NCBI GenBank assembly: GCA_964019425.1
Contig: OZ025803.1
Coordinates: 930,001-994,000 of the forward strand
Direction of reading: 5' to 3'
Origin: Flectonema sp. DT1601
Lineage: Eukaryota
DNA length: 64,000 bases
Shown: piece after piece, positions 13,301-25,505 of the stretch
Layout of the letters: each line of letters begins with the position of its first letter
Numbering within the stretch: position 1 is the first letter of the stretch
The notes under the pieces: generated by a model
Seen by the model: only the letters and a program-made list of their open reading frames with translations
Told to the model about the DNA's origin: nothing
The model's database searches: none
Translations under genes and position numbers: made by a program

Positions 13301-15710
13301 TTAGTGAAAAGGTCGTTTCAACTTAGTTTCTTTTGTACCTTGATGAGATCCTCGACGCGTTCCTGGGGATTGTCTGCGTGACCTGTTTGTGTTATTATTT
13401 CTTAGATCCGTACATTTGTGTAAACATCCCCATCGATGTCTACAATATCACATACCTCGTCTCGGCACCAACAACTGCATTAGACGCACGTCCTCGCTCC
13501 GAGGTCGGGGCGATTGCGCCCTTCCGTTTGCCGAGGGAAGAGCTGCGAGAGATTCGTTGCTTTGTTGAGATGCCAGAACCACCGCTCTCTCTTCGGCACA
13601 GCTGATGGGAAGAAACTTTCGTATGAGGTGCCTTCAGCTCCTTTTCCTTCTCCAAAGGTGAAAGCTGCTGCCCAGACATTTGCAGCTTTGAAAACACAAT
13701 ATTAGAAGGGACTTGATGACGTGAACCCGATTTAATTTCATAAGTAGCGTTATCAGTAATGAGATACTTACTAACACTAAGATCTCCCTGAGACCATTCA
13801 CCGATAGTAATTCCTTCGTGATCTTTGAGCTCACCTGGTCCGTGACGGAGTCCTTCAGACCAAGTACCGTCGTATATTGATGTCTTTTTTATCATTCGAC
13901 CGTGTCCATGCATAGTGTCATCGTGCCATTCTCCCTCGTAGATTGTGGAATCTGGCCATGTTCTGATACCATATCCTTCCATTCTTCCCTTAGAGAATTG
14001 TCCTTTGTAAATTGACTTGTCAACGAGTTTGAGAGATCCCTCTCCATGCAGTTCGTCTTCAATCCATTGACCTTCAGCTACTTCACTTTTACTTAAGAGT
14101 TTTCCCCGACCGTGTCGGAGGTCATTTTGCCACTCTCCGTCATAGGTTCTGCCATCAGAGTATTTGTACTCACCCTCTCCGTGTTTTTTATTCGAATGCC
14201 AACTGCCAGTGTACGTGTCTCCGTCAGGCCATTTCCACTGACCAAGTCCGTGACGACGACCTTCTTTAAATGAACCCACATATTCGCCTCCGCAGGTCCA
14301 GCGGTACTCCCCTTCACCTTCAAATTGATCATCCTGCCAGTAACCGGTGTAAGAATCTCCATTTGACATGGTGAGCTTGCCAGTGCCTTGGCGTTTATCT
14401 TCCGACCATTCACCTTCATAGGTGTCTCCATTGGTGTAACGATATACTCCGTAACCGTGTTGTTTTTCCTGTTTCCAGAGACCAGTGTAGACGTCACCGT
14501 CAGGCCAGGTGCGGGATCCGTGACCTTCAAAGAAGCCGTCTCTGAACTCACCAACGTCAGTTATGCCTTCACTCCATTTGTAAGTACCTGTGCCGTGGTA
14601 CTTGTGATTTTCCCACTGACCTTCGTAAACATCTCCTCCTTTCATTTGAAGGGTGCCGTTACCCTGACGAAGTCCATCAACCCAAGTACCGTTATAAACA
14701 TGTCCTTCAGAGTATCGAAAGGTGCCTTCCCCGTTTGGTTTGTCGACTCTCCAGTCACCGCTGTACTGTGCGCCTGAAATCATTGTGAGGGTTCCGTTAC
14801 CTGAACGGATATCTTCTTCCCATTGCCCTTCATAGACGTCTTCGGAGGCGTAGACAAATTTCCCCAATCCCGATTTCTTACCGACTGACCATCCCCCGGT
14901 ATACTTGTCTCCCGTGGAGTACGTAAACTCTCCTGTTCCGTCTTTTTTGTCGTGGGCCCACTGACCAGTGTAAGTATCCCCGTTTACCCATGTCCGGGTT
15001 CCAGTACCGTGAAAGTACCGATTGTCGAAGTCGCCTTCATAGGAATTTCCCTCCTTCCAGGTGTACAGACCTTTACCGTGAAATTTGTCAGCGTGCCAGG
15101 AGCCTATGTAAGAATCACCAGATGCCATATTAAACTCACCTTGTCCACATCGGATATCTTCTTTCCACTCACCCTCATAGACGTCACCACTGTGATAGCG
15201 ATAGGTTCCAGTTCCATCTTTTTGATTACTTTTCCAGCCGCCAGAGTACGTTTCACCGTCGACCCACGTGCGAGTGCCAAAACCATCGAAGTCATTATTT
15301 GAAAACGATCCCTCGTGAACAGTTCCGTCGCTCCACGTGAAGATTCCTTCTCCGTCACGTGTGCCATTTGCCCAACTGCCTTCGTAGGTGTCCCCGTGGG
15401 GTGTTCGGCATTTTCCGTTGCCATGCCGACTGCCGTTGCGAAATTGTCCAAAGTATTCTTCACTGTTTTTACAAGTGAGCTCACCAGTACCGTGCATTTT
15501 ACCATCCCGCCATTCTCCCTCGTACCTGTCTCCGTTTCCGAACACCATGACACCTTTCCCTTCTCTCACAGCTTTCAGGTCACCTTCAAACACCCCGTCG
15601 CTGAACTCTACCCTTCCTGAGAAGGTCGGATCATTTCCAGTGCCGCTCAGGTTCCAGGTGTTCGGGAGTGCTGCCCCGAGGCTGCGTCCTCGGTCGGGAG
15701 TGCGAGGCAT
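13301..15710 (-). CDS. MORN-repeat protein (probable short last exon after intron ~13383-13455)
   Basis: More than 20 YxGxW/F..(D/N)..HGxG MORN units. A GTATGT...AAACAG intron near the 3' end gives the in-frame tail RSRRQSPG...RPFH*. Confidence 0.9.
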
Positions 15711-16612
15711 CTCGTCTTACTGTTAATGGAAATAACGGAGTTGGTTGTTTTTACGGAAGTAACTTATTTGCACACGTTAGTTAAAAACCTTTATTCAACT
15801 ATTTGTCTGTGTCCAGAGTTAACTTTGTGTTTGCTACACCTGGATGGATGAAAAGTTTCTTTTTTATCATTTTTTTTTTTTTTTTTCCAATTTCAAAAAA
15901 GATATAATGCGACACGCGGCACTGAGAACGGAGGGAGGAGGGAAGGGAGAGGCAGCAGATGCACTACTACACAAAGGATAAACATTAATCAGTTTTGAAT
16001 ACAGGAAGATCAATTGCACTACCCAGAAGCAGGATGCGACCAGAAGGGGATTGAAAAGGTACTTTTCTGAAACAGCCCCAAACGGGAATGGGGGTGGCAG
16101 ACGCTCGTAGTTATAAAAAACAAGAAAGAGGCGAATTAAAGTACCACATTGAAAACAGGGAGCTTAAATCGATATCAGTGTGGTACTCTTCTGATTTACA
16201 AGTAAAGTAAGCTTCAGGCTTCTGATAACTACTAAGACGCGCGTCTGTATGAAAAGTAACCATAAAATAAAATTATTACACAAAACACGATACACTCATG
16301 ATGATTTCTCTTCATTTTTTTTTTTTTTTTTTCCCTTCTCTTTTTCTTTTTTTTTTCCCACAAATATTCCATCTTCAAGACAAACCTTCAAAAAAAAAAG
16401 TATGTTTTTTTTTTGTTTTTTTTCCGTCTTTTTTTTTTTCTCTTCCCCCACGTATGTAGTAATAAATTGTGTATTTATTCTTTGCAAATATGGAGAAAAG
16501 GAAGTAGAAAATCCTTTCTTTCTTCAGACTACGAAGGAACGAGTGAAGGGTCTCCAGCTCGTAAGGCAAGGACACAGAAGCGGAGACTAAGTTATTATGT
16601 TGCAAATGAAGA

Positions 16613-17101
16613 CTATGCAGTCTCGTTAGCGACCTTCTTCATGTAGAAATAGGCCAGAACAACAGCTAAAATAGCGAAGATTAGCCACCTGTTTTGTGTT
16701 TTGTTTTGCTATCAAGAACCGTTGCAGGTTGCAGCATCAATGAGAGAGATTTTCAAAGTAACGAAAATAATATTTATAAAGACCACATACTTGCTTCCTT
16801 CACCACCACCACCGGAAAGGTCCTCCTCAGTGAGAAGAGTAGCACCCTCGAGTTTACCGATGCAAAGCTTCTTCATTTCAGCTCTGGCGCCGCTACCGTG
16901 GCCAACGTGCTTGAATTCTTCAGTGGCGTCCTGTCCACGGACTGCTTGAAGGGTTTCAATACCACCTGGGTGCTGGTCCTTGTATTCACTCACATCATAC
17001 ACACGACCTCCGATGGAGATCCAGAATGCTGACTTGGTGTCTCTGTGTGACTCCAACTCGGCCTTGGAGATGGTCTTCAACTTGCTGTCGTCCTCAGACA
17101 T
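16613..17101 (-). CDS. Cytochrome b5, tail-anchored; two exons (intron 16689-16790)
   Basis: HPGG heme motif, GQDATEEF, GHGS. The spliced exon 2 encodes the TM anchor WLIFAILAVVLAYFYMKKVANETA*. Confidence 0.92.
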
Positions 17102-17783
17102 ATTTATTAGACTTTTTGAGATGACTAGATCTGGTGAAAGATAAGATAATTAAACATTTCGTTAAAGTCAAGTAACATCCACTACAGTCCTCAGCCATTC
17201 ATTACTCAAAGTAATATGTACATCTGTAAAGGGAAAAATAACTTTATGTTGACTTTAACGACAACCACAACTGTGAGATCTACAATAACAAAAGGAACAT
17301 AAAATATAAATACTAAAATACGCATACAGAACAGTGGACTAATAATTCCCGTGGGTCATCCAGAAAGAGAGTTCGAAGTCAATCTGATGACGCAGTTGGT
17401 TAGATGTTTTAAAGGGAATCAAATTCCCTAATACTGCAAATAACTACAAATGTTTTTTTTTATTTCACCAGTTCGTCTAATTTAAATATAGAAAAGAGAG
17501 AATAGGTCGGTTAATCTAGGTGTCTACTAACACACACTTTTATTCGTGCGATTCGTAAAGTTTGTTTAGAATTGAAAAGTTAAATAAGAGTTCACATTGT
17601 CTAACATTCCATCTGATCAGCTGTGTTAATGTACCGTTTGGATGGACCAGATTACAGCTTTTTCTTAATACATGTATTTAGATTAAAGAAAAGCTGTTTA
17701 ACAAACTGGTAGTAGACAGCAGTCTGTTCCAATGATAAAGTTATCGATATCCTGAAGTACTCAAAGTAGTCAAATAACTGACG

Positions 17784-18059
17784 CTAACTGCGATGATGTT
17801 TTTTCTTATCACCCGCATCTGTGCGAGACTCCAGTCGGTTTACTTGTTTTTGAAGGCTGGTTTGATTTATTAATAGAAAATAGAAGTCAAAATAATTCCA
17901 AAAAGAATTGGCTTTAACTTCAACTATACAGAAAATAATGATATAACACTGTGATTTTTGTTTGTGCACGAAACCGTGAACCGACTTAAACTGATAAAGC
18001 TAAAGGGGGTTTACGTGTGCTGCCAACATTCTTTTTCGTTCTTACAATACTTGTTAAAT

Positions 18060-18095
<36 letters not shown>

Positions 18096-19427
18096 AATAA
18101 AATAGTTCACATACTCTTTCATGGTATTCATTAAAGCTGCAACCATATCACTTTGAGGAATAGGAGGAGAGCTGCTATGGTTTTTCGATTTCCGGTCTCT
18201 CTGCACATCTTTGGGTTGATGTGGTTGCGATGATCTCGGAGTGTTCTTAGCATACTGATTAGTGGTATTGGTCTGCTTGTTGCCCTTAAAACCTACAGAA
18301 GCTGTTCTTTTGTACGGTTCATTATGATTCTTAATCGGTCGAGCTCCTTCCAAAGATGCTATACGAGCCTCAGATATTTTTATTATTTTGTGAAGGTCTG
18401 ATCGGTCCTCTTCCAGGGTTCGGATTTGTGTCATAGCAGATTCCAAAGCAGAATGTGTCTCGGTTGCTCGTTTTTCGTTAAGGGAAGAAAACCTAGCCCG
18501 TTGCTGATATCCTTGTAGAGTATCTGACACACCATGAAATCTCTTATTTGATGCTACTAATTTTGATTCCAGGTACCGAATTCTCCTTTCTTTCACAGAC
18601 AATGGATCTTCTTGTTTGTTTACCGGGGGCGGAGCAGAGGGTTTTTTACCCTGTGTCAGTACAGATATTAATCTTTGATCATCATCATGGATCACACGAA
18701 AGCATTCGAATAAAGCCTCTATGTGTGATTCATAAAGTCCTACAATACCATCCCAGACAGCTGTGGGAAGCTCCTTTTTAGCAGACTCACGACAATCTCT
18801 AAGACTTGGAATGGTTTCTTTCCAGAGATCATCAAGCCTATTTTCTTTAACTGGTTCTGCAGAGGGTTGCCGTTCTCGACTAACGCTAGAGAAGGCATCA
18901 GTGTTTGTCGGTTCTGGTGGAGAATGATGGGGTTCGGGCGGTTCATTCTTAGATTCTTCTAAGTTGTCGCACGCCATGTAACGCTCATCACGGAAATCAT
19001 CATCCACCTCACTGAATCCTTCGCCGCTGCTGTTACTTGTAATATGCTGAGGCGAAGTTGCAACTGCTTTTCCTGACGACATTCTTCGTGCTATTGAAGC
19101 ATATGTATCTGCTTGGAATGCCCTTACGGTCTTGACGCACTTCTTGCGATCTGACCGTGATGATGAACGCACGGCAACGTCCTCTGTATGTCTCCTCGCG
19201 GATTTGGGACAATTACTTCGCCTCAGGAGGTCATCAAACTGTCGTAAGATGGCGGGTTCCTTTCGTAAACCCTCCTCCCAAGGATATCCACCAGGGGATA
19301 TGGATGACGTACCTCGGCCATCATCAGATGACGCTTTCATATTTCCTGTGAATACTGTGAAGGGGATTATAACAGAAGGGTCAACATCGTTGAAATTAAA
19401 CACGTCAAGAATCTCAACGCTACTCAT
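17784..19427 (-). CDS. Hypothetical coiled-coil protein; two exons (intron 17857-18114)
   Basis: 457-aa ORF reading into a GTATGT intron. The CCAG acceptor gives the in-frame tail DLQKQVNRLESR...HHRS*. Confidence 0.75.
17905..18061 (-). mobile_element. Solo A-B split-repeat remnant of YR retrotransposon family 2, inside an intron
   Basis: Near-identical to 37801-37958 and flanked by A-tracts on both sides. Confidence 0.85.
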
Positions 19428-19726
19428 CGATGATTAATACAAAGGTAGTTTGTTATCTAAATCTTTTAATGACATTTAGATTGGATATTTACGTATCACA
19501 AACCTTGCGCTGGTTGAGATTGGTTTGGTGTTTTTATGAGAAACTTACCACCAAATGCATCACATTCATGTGCTGGCTGTAATGAGAATACGTTTGGGAA
19601 GGAAAGTAAACACTCGCCTTCGTAAGGCAAACTTTGTGAGGAAAAAAAAGAAATTTTCCGGAATATTTAAATTTTATAAAATGTACCAAAAAAGTATTTT
19701 CTCATCACACTTAGTGGGGTAGTCAC

Positions 19727-20221
19727 TCATGATAATATATCTGAATTCATTCCACCAGACTCTCGGTATTGCTGCATAATTCCTCTGAGAGTTGCCAATG
19801 TTTTCTCATCGCGCTCTGAATCAGGTTTTAGCTCTTCGCGTATCCTACGAAGAATGATTGGGTTCCAAACCTTCCAAAATGGAAATCCGAACGCTCGAAT
19901 AGGACCTGCAGTGGAAATCAGCTCATTACGAAATTCGATGTTTTGAGAGAATTTTTCGAAATTTGCCTGATACATGATATCTACCTTTACAGCTTCCCAG
20001 TCAGAGCGAATGGGATGCAATTTTGTTTGCCCCATCTTCCAATGGGCGGCAGTGTTACGCTCGCCATGTATTACTTCTCTGTAAGCTTTATCGCTGAATT
20101 TCATCGCTTGAAAGTATTGCTCTGATGAGATCCATATTTCACCTTCAATTTCAAACTTGCATTCCGTAAAGTTATCCATCGAATTATATGAGACACCTCC
20201 ACATTCACATGGGCCACCCAT
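19727..20221 (-). CDS. NADAR (YbiA-like) family protein
   Basis: Motifs SSEQYFQAMKF, RSDWEAVKVDIM, KFSQN..LIST. Confidence 0.8.
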   Translation of the reverse strand: MGGPCECGGVSYNSMDNFTECKFEIEGEIWISSEQYFQAMKFSDKAYREVIHGERNTAAHWKMGQTKLHPIRSDWEAVKVDIMYQANFEKFSQNIEFRNELISTAGPIRAFGFPFWKVWNPIILRRIREELKPDSERDEKTLATLRGIMQQYRESGGMNSDILS

Positions 20222-20635
20222 TTGTTTTGTTCCACTGGGAAGGAAACATCGAACTGGAAGATTTAAATCCCATTTGTGATCCTCGTCAGCCCAACGTTTC
20301 CCGAAAACTCATTTGAATAGTTTTTTTCTATTTCTTTTTAATTAAAACTATTTTGTGGATTTTAATTCCCAAAAGTTCCTCCTTTTGTTTTTAAACTTTT
20401 CCCTGTGTTGATCTCGGCCAGTTTTGACCTACTTCCCAATGTTTAGTAAAGTCTTTCTAAACTTTACTAAAATGTATTTCAATCCAAGCATTTCGATTAG
20501 TAACTTTAAAATTAGATTTTCGAGGGACCGCACAAATGGCTTTGAATGAATCCTCTAATGAGGGATATCATCGCCTTGGATGTTACATCATTTCAAACGC
20601 GTTTCTCAAGTCGTGCAGTCGCTAATTTCCCATCA

Positions 20636-20670
<35 letters not shown>

Positions 20671-21989
20671 GTACTCACCTTTCGACATTTTTGATACTTT
20701 TTCTTTTTAGGAGGAGCTGCAAGCCCAATAATAAAGCAGTAGAAAGTTAAGAAACTGACTCGTGAGGTTGAAGAGCTTTCTAAGTTGGACCCAGAATGCA
20801 TTAAATTCAGATTGATGATCGCATATTGCGATTCATAAAGTTAGCAGAACAAGATAGTGGAGAGGATATGTACAAGTGACTCGAGTCAGTAACAACAGAC
20901 ATGTTGGTATCATGTATCGCCAGGATTCCACCATCATCCAATCTACTACTACGTCACAGCGAACAGGGAAACCTGTCACACTTCTGACACTTTGGCCATG
21001 CAGGGAAGGAAGATGTAGGAGATATGAGCAGAATGGTTGTGTGGCAACAGGAGCAGTCTTCATACAGTGGTATTTCTACAGCTGATGCAGTCTGCACATG
21101 AGAAGCTACACAATTGCTGTACAAAGAGAGAAGGCTTCTTCCGCAGCTCCAAACACACGATTGTTAGAAGGAGGGAAATTCCAGCTGCGGATTTCATCAC
21201 ACACCAAGAGCAGCTAGCTATTCACTATGACCTACAGTACAGTCGGGCCGACAGGGATTGCGGGGATGACAAGAAATGCTTAAGGGATAAGAAACACAAA
21301 GCTGATATTAAACTCATAAAAAGGGAATATTTGACATGCATTGAATCCTACTAATCCGAACCCATCAGACACAAACAGGCTTTCTGTTCTAACATTTGGA
21401 TTGAAGATCTGGCTGAGAAAATACATGAAAGGTAATCAAACTTCTTGTCACAACTGACATAACGACTGGTAAATAACAACACAGTTAAAGCTTCAGAAGT
21501 GCAAGTGTCAACAGAGCGAGTGGTCAGCTAAGTGAAACTATAAAGTAAGGATGCACCATGTTATGAGATTCTTATAAAAGGATATGAATACCGTTTTACA
21601 AGGATCTGTTTCAATAATGCTCATCCTTGACCAAGCAAATAGTGCTGACAACAGACGCAATCGGGAGGCTCGTTGATTTCTGGTAAACAAAAGAAGATCA
21701 CAAATATATACCGCAGAAACCCGGATGAGAGAGATCTGCTACCTTCAACGGTGTTGGGGTTAAAGAAAGCAAGGATTAGCAATATTTTCCCGACGAGACA
21801 TTTTGTTCTCGTCACAGAAATTCAATTGAGTTTTAAACTATTTTATCTTAATTAGTTAACTTACAAACACGGCACAAATTGGGAAACAAAAACACACAGA
21901 CAACACATAGACAAATATAAGCACTCTCGAACTCAAACAAATTATGCACTTGTACCCTTGGTCACCTTGTCATGTCTTAAATAATGAGC

Positions 21990-23123
21990 TCACAACTTGG
22001 AATCTTCACCAAAGGTGATAAGTGTCTTTATTACGCCAGTACGATAGTTGGAAGCTGTGTCATAAGCTTCTGGGAAGCGACTGAAATTGAAATTGTGAGT
22101 AAATACATCAGAAACATTTATACGACCTGTCTCAATTAGTGACATTGCAAGCGAAAAGGTATCCATCGAAGGAGCATGTGTAGTTATGTAACGGATATTG
22201 CGAGCAAAAGAAGCAAAATCAATTCGCATAAAACTGTGCTGAGGAGAAGGTGGAAGGCCAAAAATTAACACCGAGCCTGAGCTTTTTGTAACCGCAGTGC
22301 AGAGATCAAGAGCGGCGCCATGGTGTCCCACCATTTCGATACTGATATCAACCATGTTGTTGTCAGTTAGCCTTGCAATTTCATTTTGAACTCTCTTTTG
22401 GTCATTTCCAACCAAAATTGCATCTGAAGCACCACACGTCAAAGCTTTGTTCAGCCTGTGTTGCAGTCTGTCAAGAACTATTATTTTGTTGCATCCCATT
22501 TGTGAGAGAACCTTAGTCATCAGTAGTCCATTTTGACCTTGGCCGACGACAGCAATATTCTTATTAATTATTGGAATCGCGGAATTTTCCAAATTTTTAA
22601 TTGCGTGCAAAATCGTTCCAAGAGGCTGTGCAGCAACATACCAGTTGCGATTAAAATTGGGGAATGGGACCGTCTTTGGTAACAACAACGAAACCGCATC
22701 ATACGAGATAAAATACTCACAAAACGATCCCTGAGTGGGTAAGTCATTCACAGAAGCATTCGTTGTTTTCTCATATTCTTCTCGGACGGTGTCAACTCCT
22801 TGGAGGTAGTTGGTAGTCATGCATAAGACTACGTCATCTATCCTTCTTTTGCACGGCTCGTTTACCTTTACAACTTTCGCTACTACTTCGTGCCCTGATC
22901 CCCCAACAGCGCCGTCCTTTTCCCAATAGTGGTCAATTACTCCCCTCCAAGGCTCACCGTCAGCGCTCATCTTTCCCCACAAGTCAGACCCACAAACTGA
23001 TGTGGCGACGGTCTTCATTAGCATCACTCCCGCAGGTAATCCCTCGATTGAAGGAATTGCCACATTACGAAGCTCTGCAACTAAGGTCTGAGCATCAGTG
23101 TGACAAAGAAACGCTGCTTTCAT
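21990..23123 (-). CDS. Zinc-type medium-chain dehydrogenase (sorbitol/threonine-DH-like) with C-terminal SKL
   Basis: VCGSD, GHE, QPLG and Rossmann VVGQGQNG motifs; no four-Cys structural zinc lobe; ends EDSKL; no intron. Confidence 0.88.
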   Translation of the reverse strand: MKAAFLCHTDAQTLVAELRNVAIPSIEGLPAGVMLMKTVATSVCGSDLWGKMSADGEPWRGVIDHYWEKDGAVGGSGHEVVAKVVKVNEPCKRRIDDVVLCMTTNYLQGVDTVREEYEKTTNASVNDLPTQGSFCEYFISYDAVSLLLPKTVPFPNFNRNWYVAAQPLGTILHAIKNLENSAIPIINKNIAVVGQGQNGLLMTKVLSQMGCNKIIVLDRLQHRLNKALTCGASDAILVGNDQKRVQNEIARLTDNNMVDISIEMVGHHGAALDLCTAVTKSSGSVLIFGLPPSPQHSFMRIDFASFARNIRYITTHAPSMDTFSLAMSLIETGRINVSDVFTHNFNFSRFPEAYDTASNYRTGVIKTLITFGEDSKL

Positions 23124-23516
23124 TGTTGAAGTTCCTGGAGATAATGACCTTAAGGTACGACGTTAAAACTTGTGTCTTCTTTTAAGTAAAGCGAAGTGAT
23201 ATATTGGATCGGGAAATACCCTTTACGATTAATTACTGCAGCGGGCTTCTATCGTGACTGTCAAAGAAAAGAGATTAAATACCGCACTCTTAAATCCATT
23301 CATGACCCAACACTACAACCCGCTCGGAGATCTTATTTTCTTTTTTTGTCTGCTGTTAGCTAGAATCCGAGATATGAAGAAGTAAATGACTAACCCGAAG
23401 CTTGTCTTCTTAATTTTCATGCATTTTTCCCATGGGAGCTAACCCCCATCACGATATTCGTGAATGACAGAAACACTACAGACTTCTAATAAGTCAACAA
23501 CAACAATTCGACCACT

Positions 23517-23909
23517 CTATGCGAAAAGCATAAGGAAGGCAATCATGAGAGCGAATAGACCAATAGCCTCAGTCAGAGCGAATCCAAGAATGGCGTAGTT
23601 AAAGAGAGCTCTCATGAGGTTTGGTTGACGAGCAGCCGCCAACAAGAAACTTCCGAAGACGTTTCCGATACCAACACCAACTCCAGCAAGAGCAATGGCA
23701 GACAGACCTGTTCGTGTTGTTAGTTTTAAAGGGGTTAAATGTTGCTACTACAAAGACTTTTCAACAAGAACCAACACAAAAGTTTTCATATCCATACCGG
23801 TACCAACGTAGTTAAGACCCGAAACGGTCACCTGAAGGGATGAGTTACGCGCCTGAACTGGAGCAACAACAGCAGAGCGGGCGGCGACGCGAAGTCCTGA
23901 TCTCATCAT
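23517..23909 (-). CDS. ATP9: Mitochondrial ATP synthase subunit c, nuclear-encoded with presequence; two exons (intron 23708-23797)
   Basis: Hand-spliced 100 aa: [12 protein letters not shown]...[26 protein letters not shown]...ARQPNL...[24 protein letters not shown]. It is absent from the ORF track. Confidence 0.95.
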
Positions 23910-24098
23910 CTTAAAGGAGTGGTGAAGGCTGAAATAACTGTTGGGAGGGAAAATAATATAACAAACCGCAACAACAAATAATATTCAAATTCTGCAAGAG
24001 AAGATAAGCAACAAACACACTTTCCAGTTATTGATCCTGATCCCCTTCTCCATATATTTGTTATTAACAAAAATATTATGAGTGGACTGTCACCTTCT

Positions 24099-24610
24099 AA
24101 GAACACTGTTGGTCTCAGACACAAAAGAGTTGAGACGCTATATAAACAAGCGCAATCAATTAAATTAGACATCCTCAGATCCTCACAGGACTCTGACATG
24201 CACGGTGTCTACAATGTTATTATGGAGAAATCGTCCAATTGGTCGAAGAAGTTTTCAGCTTCTGCTGAATGGGAGCGCCTTATTAAGTTTTTTTCTTACC
24301 GTTCTCTCGCGAAGCAATCAGCTGGTCTTGGTCACCGATTGCGCGATCTACGTACTACTCGCCCCGATCTCCTTAAGCGTTTTGAAGTGGAAGCCACAGA
24401 TGAACTACTGAACTCTTTGAATAAATTACAAGTCCAAGGACAGTGAAAGGAGTGGTCTAAATGTATGATAAACGACTTCACCTGGAATAAGGTACTTAGG
24501 GAGGGAAATCCTGCCTATATCTCATTTCAACTGAAAGCGGTTACAAACACCCTCCCCTCACAAGATAATTTAAAGAGGTGGAACATCACCAATGTGGACC
24601 AAAATTGTGT
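24099..24610 (+). mobile_element. Internal fragment of the REL-type non-LTR element seen at the window end
   Basis: Near-identical to ~63481-63992; carries a TGG>TGA stop at 24444-24446. Confidence 0.9.
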
Positions 24611-25059
24611 ACCAACGATTCTAAAGCTACAGTTTCTGTTAAATCTATTTCGGTAATTTGCAGCATTCTCAAGCACCAGGGAAAATAGCGCCGACACGTA
24701 GTAGCATCGGTGTCGGCGATCGTCAGGACCATTTTGTTACAGTAGATTTAAAAGATCAGTCTTATTTATTATTTGATCTACGTTATTATTATTGTCCCCT
24801 TTACTAGGAAATCGACGATCGCGTTGCAACCTTCGAGAAAACTTTTTAAATTGGCAACCCAACGAACCAACGGGCCCAGCAGGCGTCCAGCCCAACCAAC
24901 GGCGGACCCACCACACCCCAACGCAGTGGCCTACTCGTCAAGGGTAGACCACCAAGTTGACAACTATTATATGTTTATGGTTACCGAGTGAATTGTTTTC
25001 TATCTTCTTTCTTTTATCAGGTGCAAAAAGAATGCGTAGCCAATTACTGTACTTTATTG
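24611..25059 (+). other. Spliced-leader (mini-exon) sequence, nt 2-39, split by an insertion: 24611-24639 plus 25051-25059
   Basis: Joined halves give ACCAACGATTCTAAAGCTACAGTTTCTGT|ACTTTATTG (38 nt), containing the euglenozoan SL core CAGTTTCTGTACT.TATTG. No GT donor follows, so this is not an SL RNA gene. Confidence 0.88.
24640..25050 (+). mobile_element. Solo A-B terminal repeat of a VIPER-like YR retrotransposon (diverged variant of the 27627-30926 element)
   Basis: Start taaatctatttcggtaatttgcagc resembles 30469; 24853-25050 aligns with B repeats 30262-30468 and 30720-30926; it ends aattactgt. Confidence 0.85.
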
Positions 25060-25193
25060 TTTTTTCCCTCCCTCGCCCCATCCCCGTCAGCGAGTAGGAA
25101 AGCGCAGCTAGGAATTTTTCCACGCAAGCGGATCCCACAACCCGACCACCCTTCCCCACGCTCATCCCATCCGCCCTCCCCCACCCCAACAAA

Positions 25194-25505
25194 ATGAAAT
25201 CGGCGGCAGCCACGATACAGGCGCAACAGACCGGAGTGGGTACGGAGAGGTCTAGGGAAGAGATCGGTCCGCTGCTCATCGCGGCATGCGCGTGTAGAGG
25301 AAGGACGGGGGCTGTCACCACAATGACAAAGCAGACACCATCACCGAAGAAGCAGCCACCACCGATCCCTATGTGTGACTTGTGCGGCCAAAACAGCCAC
25401 AATAAACACAACAAAAAAGGTTTGCACCCTTTTGCCTCTTTGTTTCTTTCTCGCCGCTCGCCGTCAAGCACACATTGGGATAGATTAGATGGGTATGCTG
25501 GATGA
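25194..25505 (+). pseudogene. Truncated ORF ending in an incomplete CCHC zinc knuckle (second copy 31070-31381)
   Basis: First ATG after the SL; CDLCGQNSHNKHN is CX2CX4H, with the fourth ligand lost where sequence character changes (~25413). Confidence 0.45.

Noticed and set aside
20833..21855. Short ORFs in the gap between NADAR and the dehydrogenase
   Set aside because: No recognisable motifs or consistent frame; possibly decayed coding sequence, but unsupported.
24611..25100. Functional SL RNA gene
   Set aside because: The SL exon lacks its first base, is interrupted, has no GT donor or intron after ATTG, and is preceded by retroelement sequence rather than a promoter.
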